A stretch of 58,805 bases of DNA from the NCBI GenBank assembly GCA_002408445.1, contig DHSK01000062.1:15689-74493 (forward strand). The letters run 5' to 3'. Of this stretch, positions 38,529 to 45,989 are shown one piece after another. Position 1 is the stretch's first letter; every line of letters begins with the position of its first letter. Both the position numbers and the translations under genes were made by a program. The notes under the pieces were generated by a model. That model was not told where the DNA came from and did no database searches. It was given only the letters and a program-made list of their open reading frames with translations. This stretch comes from Syntrophomonas sp. UBA5288. Lineage in GTDB: Bacteria; Bacillota; Syntrophomonadia; Syntrophomonadales; Syntrophomonadaceae.

Positions 38529-39467
38529 CTAAATCGTAATTTTCGCCCGCTCCCGCATAAAGGCGATCTCGCGGTCGATATCGCCTTGAATTTCCTCAAT
38601 GCGCCGGGTAGCGTCGGGGCCTTGGAGCAGGCGGTTGAAGCGGCCCTGCTGCATTAAGTAGTCATCCACCGGGGCGGCGTCTTTTTTGCCGTTCATGATA
38701 AGCGAGCTGGGGCTATTGAAGCTGATCTTGCCCCTTTCCGCTTCCCATAAGAGCCAGGCGCCGCTGCGCACGGCCATACGGCTCATCTGCACGGTGTCGG
38801 GCATATCGAACTGCCAGCCTAAATAGCAGGGGGCCAGGATTTCGATATATTTCATACCCGGGGTGTTTTTAGCTTTTACTACCTTGTCGTACAGGTCGCC
38901 GGGGTAAGCCACGGTGGCGGTAGCCACGTAAGGAATATTGTGCTCCAGCATTAGCAAGGCCATGTTTTTCTTGGGCTGGCGCTTGCCGGTGGGGGTGGTG
39001 GTGGTGAAACTGCCGCGCGGGGTGGCACCACTGCGCTGTACGCCGGTGTTGCTATAGGCTTCGTTGTTATAGCAAAAGTGAATTATATTATCATTGCGCT
39101 CGGCTGCGGCGGAAAGCGCCTGAAAGCCGATGTCATAGGTGCCGCCATCGCCTACCCAACTGAATACGGTGGGCAGCTCGCCTTGCAGGCGGCCTTTTTC
39201 CTTCATTATTTCAATCGCGTGGGTAATACCGGAGGCCGAAGAGCCGGCGGTGGCAAAGCAAACATTTATGCAGGGCCAGTTATAGCCCAGCTTAGGGGTC
39301 ATACCCATGCTGGCTACCGAGCAGGAGGGGGTCAGCAGCATGATGGCGTTGGGGCCCAAAGCTTTGCCCACGATACGCAAGGCCATGGTGGCGGGGCATC
39401 CGCCGCAGGCTCCGTTGCCGCTTAAAACCTGCTCAATATCCGGTAATTGTTTTATACTGGTAGTCAT
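38529..39467 (-). CDS. 2-oxoacid:ferredoxin oxidoreductase, beta (TPP-binding) subunit
   Basis: GCGGCPATMALR Cys motif and GDGGTYDIG TPP motif. The start is placed at MTTSIKQ; the ORF track starts 13 codons upstream, at 39506. Confidence 0.85.
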   Translation of the reverse strand: MTTSIKQLPDIEQVLSGNGACGGCPATMALRIVGKALGPNAIMLLTPSCSVASMGMTPKLGYNWPCINVCFATAGSSASGITHAIEIMKEKGRLQGELPTVFSWVGDGGTYDIGFQALSAAAERNDNIIHFCYNNEAYSNTGVQRSGATPRGSFTTTTPTGKRQPKKNMALLMLEHNIPYVATATVAYPGDLYDKVVKAKNTPGMKYIEILAPCYLGWQFDMPDTVQMSRMAVRSGAWLLWEAERGKISFNSPSSLIMNGKKDAAPVDDYLMQQGRFNRLLQGPDATRRIEEIQGDIDREIAFMRERAKITI

Positions 39468-39498
39468 TATTATCCATTCCTTTCCTGGCCTATGCTTT

Positions 39499-40629
39499 TT
39501 ATTCATCCATCATGGCACGAATCTCGGCGGCCATGAAACGGCGGGTCAAATCGATGCCGCCAATGCCCATTACCCGGTTTTTAACCGTGATGTCATTGCG
39601 TCGGCCAAAGAGCACGCTTTTCAGCTCTGAAGCCAAAATACCGCCGGGGTGCCCGAAGTTATAATTGCGGTCTAGTACCATCACCTGCGCATTTTGCGGC
39701 AGTGCCTTGATGATATCCCCGGCGGGGAAAGGAAGATACAGGCGCGGTCTGAGCAGGCCGGCTTTGATGCCCTGTTCGCGCAGGATATCGACGGAAAGTC
39801 TTAATTCGGCCGCCATACTGTTGACCGCAAAAGCTACCACTTCGGCGTCTTCCAGCCGGTAAGTGTCGATGGTGTCGCCGTCCCACATACCGGTGATATC
39901 CTTATATTCCTGGGCCGCCTGCTTTACCAGCGGGATGGATGCCATGATATCGCTGGACAGCATCTGACGGAAAGGTGCGTATTCGGGTGCATTGGTCACA
40001 TTGCTGAAGGATGAAGGATGAGCCGGGTCGAGCCGCCATTCCGGTTCATGCGGGGGCAGAAAACGGTCGATATCGTCCTGGGGCGGCAGGGTAAGCGGCA
40101 TCAGACAATGGGAAATAGCAAAGCCGTCAAAGTTGACCATCACAGGGATATTGATCTGTTCGGCCACGCGGAAGGCCTGCAAAATGGTGTTGAACACTTC
40201 CTGATTGGAGGAACAGTGATATTGTATCCAGCCCGTGTCGCGCTGAGAAAATGAGTCCTGATGATCGGCCCACAGGGTCCAGGGGGCAAAAATGCCGCGG
40301 TTGACGTTGCAGATTACAACCGGTAAACGTCCACCGGCAGTCATATGTAGGACTTCGTGCATATACAGCAAGCCATTGGCCGAGGTAGCAGTGAAAACGC
40401 GGGCACCGGCAGCGGCAGCGGCTACGGCAGCGGCCATGGCGCTATGTTCACCTTCCACCGGAATGAAGCGGGCGTTCAGCTCGCCATCTTCGACCATGGC
40501 GGCCACCGCTTCCATAATACTGGTCTGAGGGGTAATGGGGTAGCCGGGTATTACGTCCACCCGGGCGCTTTTCACGGCCAGCGCGGCGGCATGGGCACCG
40601 GTATCCATTATAACCTGTGCTGCTTTCAT
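39499..40629 (-). CDS. 2-oxoacid:ferredoxin oxidoreductase, alpha subunit
   Basis: MKAAQVIMDTGAHAAALAVKSARVDVIPGYPITPQTS is the typical PorA/VorA N-terminus, with GGAGGAG upstream. The 68-codon N-terminal extension in the ORF track overlaps porD and is judged spurious. Confidence 0.85.
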   Translation of the reverse strand: MKAAQVIMDTGAHAAALAVKSARVDVIPGYPITPQTSIMEAVAAMVEDGELNARFIPVEGEHSAMAAAVAAAAAGARVFTATSANGLLYMHEVLHMTAGGRLPVVICNVNRGIFAPWTLWADHQDSFSQRDTGWIQYHCSSNQEVFNTILQAFRVAEQINIPVMVNFDGFAISHCLMPLTLPPQDDIDRFLPPHEPEWRLDPAHPSSFSNVTNAPEYAPFRQMLSSDIMASIPLVKQAAQEYKDITGMWDGDTIDTYRLEDAEVVAFAVNSMAAELRLSVDILREQGIKAGLLRPRLYLPFPAGDIIKALPQNAQVMVLDRNYNFGHPGGILASELKSVLFGRRNDITVKNRVMGIGGIDLTRRFMAAEIRAMMDE

Positions 40630-40633
40630 ACGG

Positions 40634-40891
40634 CTACTCCTCCTTTTCCATGCTGATCGCGCCGGTGGGGCATTCGGTGGCGCACACACCGCAGCCTTTG
40701 CAGTAGCGGTAATCAATTGTAATTTCCCTGCGGTCAATGACCGCTTCCGGACAATATACCCAGCAAAGCTGGCATTTGCTGCATATCTGAGTATCAATGA
40801 CCGGACGGTGTGCCCGCCAGGAACCGGTGTCACCGCCGGCTCCCTTCGTGGGCCAGGAAATGGGCCGGTAGGGTTTTGTAACTGATTTCAT
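40634..40891 (-). CDS. 2-oxoacid:ferredoxin oxidoreductase, delta subunit (2x[4Fe-4S] ferredoxin)
   Basis: CSKCQLCWVYCP and CKGCGVCATECP motifs in an 85-aa protein. Confidence 0.85.
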   Translation of the reverse strand: MKSVTKPYRPISWPTKGAGGDTGSWRAHRPVIDTQICSKCQLCWVYCPEAVIDRREITIDYRYCKGCGVCATECPTGAISMEKEE

Positions 40892-40971
40892 TTATTTACA
40901 TTCCTTTCGCTGATCTGCCAGATCGTATAAAAAGGTGAAGATCAAGGCGTTGAAATACGGACTGAAGCGTG

Positions 40972-41511
40972 CTATACGCTAATTTGGGCCACACTGTTAT
41001 AAGCCTTGCCGGCGGCGCCCAGATTGCGCTCGCTCTTTCCCGGCCATTTATTTAAGATAGTTTGTTCCATAACATTTTGCGGGATATTTAGCACCCGGCA
41101 CACCGCACCGAATAGTGGAATATTGATAAAGGGCCCGTCGGCGGAAAATAATCCGGCTTCGCGGGCGATGGCGTCGGCGTCCACCTGCCAGGTAGGGTGC
41201 TTCTCTACGGGTACGGCGTGGGGAGCATTGATTATCACGGTGCCGATCTCGTTAATGCCTTCATTGACCGCCGCTTCGGTGAGCTTTTCGCTCATCACTA
41301 CCACATAATCCGGCAGTTCACATTGACTGTGCACGTGGATAGTAGAGGGAGACATGCGCACTGCTGCCCGCACCGGCGCTCCGCGGCGTTCAACCCCGAA
41401 GAAAGGCAAGGCCTGTCCCTGCTCCCCATTTTCCAGTGCAGCCTGGGCTAACAGATGAGCCAGAGTAACGGAGCCCTGCCCGCCAAATCCGTTGATTCGT
41501 AGTTCTAACAT
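40972..41511 (-). CDS. 2-oxoacid:ferredoxin oxidoreductase, gamma subunit
   Basis: The N-terminus LRINGFGGQGSVTLAHLLA is typical of PorG/VorG. The start is placed at the ATG after GGAGG; the ORF track starts at 41532. Confidence 0.85.
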   Translation of the reverse strand: MLELRINGFGGQGSVTLAHLLAQAALENGEQGQALPFFGVERRGAPVRAAVRMSPSTIHVHSQCELPDYVVVMSEKLTEAAVNEGINEIGTVIINAPHAVPVEKHPTWQVDADAIAREAGLFSADGPFINIPLFGAVCRVLNIPQNVMEQTILNKWPGKSERNLGAAGKAYNSVAQISV

Positions 41512-41725
41512 AATGTTCCTCCATTCTTCCATGGTACTGCCAAAGGTGTATTTTATCAGCTATGGCTAAAAGCGCCTGTTACTGCAACCAATCGCTGCAG
41601 AAAACGCTCTCCTGTTAACCTGATGTCCTGATGGTCAGACCAATTTTTAATTAACATTATATTCTTAACTAAAGATAGAATTCCTTCCAAACCCAGAGAA
41701 AAATTTTAAATTTTGTCAATTAATT

Positions 41726-41831
41726 GGAAAATACTGTTGTTGTCATTCTGAACGCAGTGAAGAATCTTGCCGGTATTGACGATTAACAAGGGAAGGATCC
41801 TTCGTTAACACTCAGGATGACGCATTCTCAT
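41726..41831 (+). repeat. Long-form palindromic MITE-like repeat, copy 3
   Basis: GGAAAATACTGTTGTTGTCATTCTGAACGCAGTGAAGAATCTTGCCGGTATTGACGATTAACAAGGGAAGGATCCTTCGTTAACACTCAGGATGACGCATTCTCA. It is inverted relative to copy 2, on the other side of the por operon. Confidence 0.85.
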
Positions 41832-42015
41832 TGCTGGTTAATATGAAAATTCAACACAGAAGGACACAGATTAACTATGATTAACACAGATCCTAATAAT
41901 GACAAACTACGCAGAGCATAATAGGGGAACAAATGCAGGGGTGGGGTGTTAAAGTTAGCGCAGCACCGGTAAAGACAGTTCTAGTTGGTTCGCACATAAC
42001 TTACCTCTTATACTC

Positions 42016-42043
42016 ATTTCATAAATGATTGTGATTTCAATTT
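42016..42043 (-). repeat. Partial inverted copy (C) of the second repeat family core
   Basis: CATTTCATAAATGATTGTGATTTCAA matches the reverse complement of 38264-38289. The run TTCATAAATGATTGTGAT is identical over 18 nt. Confidence 0.5.
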
Positions 42044-42125
42044 TGGGGCACCCAGAAATCGATAAAATAGTATAGTATTTAACATAGCATTTAAGTTGGG
42101 AAAAGAATAGGGAATGAGGAGTATT

Positions 42126-42902
42126 ATGCAAGTACATATACTGGCCAGCGGTAGTACGGGCAATTCAGTTTTGCTGCAGCTGGGAGGCAAAAACATACTA
42201 ATTGATGCCGGCATTAGTGCCCGCCGCATAGAACAGGGCCTGGCCGGGGTGGGAGTTAAAGCGGGTGAGTTGGATGGTGTTTTAATTACCCATGAACATA
42301 TCGACCATATTAAAGGATTGGATGTATTCATCCGGCGGCATAAAATACCGGTTTATACCCGGCCGGGAACATGGGAAGGGATTCCCTGCCGGTCTAAACT
42401 GCCTCCCCAATGCTGCTGTGATATTTACGAGAATATTGACATAGGTCCGGTTCGAATTGAAACCTTTCCCATATCGCATGATGCCAGTGACCCGGTAGGC
42501 TTTTGTTTCTACTGGAGTAAAATCAAATGGACTCTGGCTACCGACCTGGGCGTTATTACCCCGGAAGTTAAGCAGGCCCTGGCTCATGCCAGCCTGGCAA
42601 TCTTGGAATCCAACCATGATATGGAGATGCTGCAGACCGGTCCTTACCCCTCTTTCTTAAAACAGCGCATTAAAGGGATCAAGGGCCATCTATCCAATCT
42701 GGATGCGGCCCGCCTGCTGGCTTATGCCGGTCAACAGGGGCCTATGCAGGTATTCCTGGCCCATCTGAGCAAGCAAAATAACACACCGTCATTAGCCGAA
42801 AGGACGGTTTCCGGGTTTCTAACTGAACAGGGTTATGAAGTGGGAAGGGATATAGTACTTAATCGCACCCATGCCGACCGAACCGCCAGTTGTATTTTCT
42901 AA
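42126..42902 (+). CDS. MBL-fold metallo-hydrolase (YycJ/WalJ-like)
   Basis: ASGSTGNS and HEHIDH motifs. The start is placed at the ATG after GAGGAG; the ORF track starts at 42114. Confidence 0.8.
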   Translation: MQVHILASGSTGNSVLLQLGGKNILIDAGISARRIEQGLAGVGVKAGELDGVLITHEHIDHIKGLDVFIRRHKIPVYTRPGTWEGIPCRSKLPPQCCCDIYENIDIGPVRIETFPISHDASDPVGFCFYWSKIKWTLATDLGVITPEVKQALAHASLAILESNHDMEMLQTGPYPSFLKQRIKGIKGHLSNLDAARLLAYAGQQGPMQVFLAHLSKQNNTPSLAERTVSGFLTEQGYEVGRDIVLNRTHADRTASCIF

Positions 42903-42928
42903 ATCGGGATTAGATAAAAAGTATGACA

Positions 42929-42987
42929 GAGGACGGTCCCTTTTTCATATCCGAGATATGACCAAAGGACCGTCCTCGTCTTATTTA
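42929..42987 (+). terminator. Possible terminator after the MBL hydrolase gene
   Basis: 11-bp stem GAGGACGGTCC/GGACCGTCCTC with a long 27-nt loop, followed by GTCTTATTTA. Confidence 0.5.
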
Positions 42988-43089
42988 TCGGTTATTCGCG
43001 CCCAAAATCCGGTCAAATACACAAAATAGCAGGAAACAGGAAAATGTTACAGAAATAGGTAAAGAAAATTATTTGGTGGAGCTGATCAA

Positions 43090-43569
43090 ATGTATCCCAT
43101 ACCCTGGTATGTGGCGTTATTAGTATCTGTACCCCAAACTTTTCTGATATTGCTGATAGGTTTTAAATTATATGATATTGACATGCCACTTCAGACTGGC
43201 CTCATGGTCTCGGTATTTATGGGTTTTCTCGCTTATATAGTACGGCTTTTTCCCATGCCGTTCGGACTTCATACCCTTATTCAAATTACTATGCTGGTTG
43301 TATTAATAAGCCTGATGACCAATATTAAGTGGTGGCAAGCGCTGATAGCAAATTTAACCGGCGTGATGATAACGGGAATATTTGAAAGCACCTTAATGCC
43401 CTTTTTCCTGATGTTGACCGGTAAAACCATTTCAGATTTTGAAGTTCAGCCCTGGCTTAATGTTTTATCTTTTCTGCCTCTGGCGCTACTCCTTATATTT
43501 TTTTACCTGGGTATGGCCAGGTATGACCTGGTGGTTTATCAATTCAAAGAGGATAAGTATGGTTTATGA
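43090..43569 (+). CDS. Polytopic membrane protein resembling the N-terminal sensor module of AgrC-type receptors
   Basis: 159 aa with about 5 TM helices and no soluble domain. Its stop overlaps (ATGA) the start of the downstream kinase gene. Confidence 0.5.
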   Translation: MYPIPWYVALLVSVPQTFLILLIGFKLYDIDMPLQTGLMVSVFMGFLAYIVRLFPMPFGLHTLIQITMLVVLISLMTNIKWWQALIANLTGVMITGIFESTLMPFFLMLTGKTISDFEVQPWLNVLSFLPLALLLIFFYLGMARYDLVVYQFKEDKYGL

Positions 43570-44438
43570 ATAAGAGCAGTTTGTTTGTGATTTTAACTAT
43601 ATTGATGGAAACCCTTTTCATTGCCGTTTTTAACCAGAAATTATTGATATCGAATGATTTACAAAGTTTAAAAAGCTACCTGCCTTTTGCCAATGTGGTG
43701 GCTGTAGTACTGGCGGTACTGGCTCTTTTTTCTATCAAGGAAATGGAAGGAAAAACCCGCCGTGAAACCGAGATGCAGGTTTTGAAGTCCAATCTTGCAC
43801 AGGTGGAGGATCTGTTAAATTCTTTGCAGTTGCAAAAACATGAACATACCAGGCATATTCAGACTTTGCAGGCTATGCTCTATCTGGGAGAAATAGAGAA
43901 GGCTACTGAATATATCGAAGGGATAAGTGAGAGCTATTGGCACGAAGTTGATATAGTACAGGTAGGGCACCCTGCCGTAACCGCCTTACTTAATAGTAAG
44001 AAACAGGTAGCGCAGAGCAGGGGAGTGGAGTTTGATTTTAGTGTAAAATGCAATCTGGCCGGTATGCGCATAAGTGCCTGGGACTTTTGCAGCATTCTGG
44101 GGAACCTGGTCGATAATGCTCTGGAAGCCGTAATAACCGAGCCGGATAGTAAGGTGGTAACGGTTGAAATAAAAGCAGAAGAGGAATTTTTTGCTATTTA
44201 CGTTTATAATACCGGACCCCGGATAACCAGATTACAGCAAAACAATCTGTTCAAACCCGGCTACACCACTAAAAAGTCGGATGGAAGAGGTTATGGATTA
44301 TATGTGGTTAAAAAGCTGGTAGACAGCTATGGTGGTACAATTGAGGTTATTTCTGATCGGCGTACCACGTTTATTATATATTTGCCTAAATCGGGGGGGA
44401 TGAAAATTGATAAAAAGTCTGTCCCAGCATGCAGCTGA
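43566..44438 (+). CDS. Sensor histidine kinase (2 TM, SpoOB-type helical H-box, GHKL ATPase), the putative AIP receptor kinase
   Basis: H-box LQKHEHTRHIQTLQAMLYLGEIEKATEYI, N-box LGNLVDNALEA, G-box GRGYGLYVV. Confidence 0.8.
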   Translation: MNKSSLFVILTILMETLFIAVFNQKLLISNDLQSLKSYLPFANVVAVVLAVLALFSIKEMEGKTRRETEMQVLKSNLAQVEDLLNSLQLQKHEHTRHIQTLQAMLYLGEIEKATEYIEGISESYWHEVDIVQVGHPAVTALLNSKKQVAQSRGVEFDFSVKCNLAGMRISAWDFCSILGNLVDNALEAVITEPDSKVVTVEIKAEEEFFAIYVYNTGPRITRLQQNNLFKPGYTTKKSDGRGYGLYVVKKLVDSYGGTIEVISDRRTTFIIYLPKSGGMKIDKKSVPACS

Positions 44439-45033
44439 TATTCTAACCGATGTATCGGAAACGGAATGGGAAAATGAGATACTAGCCTATGGTCTGGAAA
44501 TAATTATCGGCTGTCTGCTCAATTTGGTATTTATAATAATTGCGGCTGTTTGGCTGGATACGTTGTGGAGCACGATGTTATGTTTGATTTCCTATATTTC
44601 TTTTCGGCATCTGGGTGGTGGCGTACATCTGGAAACCTGGACGCGCTGTTTATGCACCGGTGTGATTTTAATGGTTGGATTAGGATGGATCGCAGACCAG
44701 GCTCTACCTTCATTAATAATAAAAGGGGTATTTCTTCTGGCGTTCAGCCTGGGAGGTTGGGCAACCTGCAAATGGGTGCCGGCAACCTGCAAAAAGGAGA
44801 TAAAAGATGAGAAGGTAAGAAAACAACAAAAAATAAGAACATTACAGGTATTGGGTTTATGGTTGGTGGCTTGCGTAGCGCTATTTTATTTGGGTTATAA
44901 CAAATTTGCCCTTGCTCTTAGTTTCGGAGTACTGGCAAGCTCATTTCTTATTACACCTGGGGGGTATTGGGTCATGCAGACCCTTGATAATATCCTTAAT
45001 TTAATTTTTAAAAGGAGGGTGTCACATGTTTAA
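44407..45033 (+). CDS. agrB: Accessory gene regulator B (AgrB) peptidase/processing membrane protein
   Basis: YGLEIIIG..., SFRHLGGGVHLETWTRCLC (conserved His/Cys region), and multiple TM helices. TTG start. Confidence 0.8.
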   Translation: MIKSLSQHAADILTDVSETEWENEILAYGLEIIIGCLLNLVFIIIAAVWLDTLWSTMLCLISYISFRHLGGGVHLETWTRCLCTGVILMVGLGWIADQALPSLIIKGVFLLAFSLGGWATCKWVPATCKKEIKDEKVRKQQKIRTLQVLGLWLVACVALFYLGYNKFALALSFGVLASSFLITPGGYWVMQTLDNILNLIFKRRVSHV

Positions 45034-45175
45034 GAGGTTCAGAGGTAGGGTAATGTCAGGTATGGTGTCGTTGGTTGCGCTGGTGGCGGTATCCGGCGGA
45101 GTGAGTCCATGTTGTTTTTTCATCATTCATGAACCCGAAATACCGGAAGCACTCAAAAACATGGCTAGGAGCTAA
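45026..45175 (+). CDS. agrD: AgrD-like autoinducing-peptide precursor (49 aa), absent from the supplied ORF track
   Basis: My translation is MFKRFRGRVMSGMVSLVALVAVSGGVSPCCFFIIHEPEIPEALKNMARS. The SD AAAGGAGGG ends 6 nt upstream of the ATG. The ATG overlaps the agrB stop, and the TAA overlaps the ATG of the LytTR regulator (TAATG). Cys plus a 4-residue ring candidate CFFII is followed by the acidic tail HEPEIPEAL. Confidence 0.7.
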   Translation: MFKRFRGRVMSGMVSLVALVAVSGGVSPCCFFIIHEPEIPEALKNMARS

Positions 45176-45909
45176 TGGCAAAAATATTATTACTTGAAGA
45201 TGAAGATTATACTCGTAAATTTCTGAAGAAACTAATCGAGCAAAGTGAACTGGTTGAGTGGGTATTTGACGCCGCCAGCGGCAGGGAAGCCCTTGACCTA
45301 TTTGCATTACATAAGCCTGATATTGCGATAATGGATATAGAACTTGGGGCAGATCAAGAGTTGAACGGGATTGAGGTGGCCAGGCAAATATACAGCCTGG
45401 CCCCCCAGACCTACTTTGTGTTTTTAACGGGATATTCCCGTTATGCTATCGATTCTTTTTGCGTCCATCCTTATGATTACATTTTAAAACCCGTAAAACA
45501 GAATAGAGTACGGGAAGTTATTGATATCCTGGCCGCTAAAGTCCAAATGCGTTTAAACGATGAAAAAATAGTAATTAAGCTTAAAAAAGAAACTCTGTTG
45601 TTACAGCCAGGAGACATTATTTTCGTTGAGAAGCGGGAACGTAATATTATATTACACACCAAATTCGGGGTTTATGAATTAAACCATACCCTGGGGGAAA
45701 TGAGTTCCATACTGGGTAACCGGTTTATTCGAGTTCATAAATCATTTATTGTGAATCCTGACAAAATCGCTTCTATTCAGGAAGTGAGTGAACGTTCCTA
45801 CGAAATTACATTTGATGATTATGCTGCAACCGCTCAGATGAGCCGTTATCGGTTCAACGAGTTATATGCCTATTTGACTATGCGTAAAAAGAAAAAAACA
45901 GAAAACTAA
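45175..45909 (+). CDS. LytTR-family response regulator (AgrA-like)
   Basis: Receiver domain (LLLEDE, IMDIEL, KP) and LytTR domain (FIRVHKSFIVN). Confidence 0.9.
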   Translation: MAKILLLEDEDYTRKFLKKLIEQSELVEWVFDAASGREALDLFALHKPDIAIMDIELGADQELNGIEVARQIYSLAPQTYFVFLTGYSRYAIDSFCVHPYDYILKPVKQNRVREVIDILAAKVQMRLNDEKIVIKLKKETLLLQPGDIIFVEKRERNIILHTKFGVYELNHTLGEMSSILGNRFIRVHKSFIVNPDKIASIQEVSERSYEITFDDYAATAQMSRYRFNELYAYLTMRKKKKTEN

Positions 45910-45989
45910 AAAAGGGAAAAACAGGAAACTAAAGAATAGTTTAAATAATAAAATAGTCCGGAATTTGTTTCTCACTGAGGGGGGCCAAT

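Noticed and set aside
39499-40833. The 444-aa version of the oxidoreductase alpha-subunit ORF
   Set aside because: The first 68 codons overlap the delta-subunit gene in another frame and are low-complexity Ala/Pro/Arg typical of GC-rich shadow frames. A proper SD and ATG (MKAAQV...) sit at 40629.
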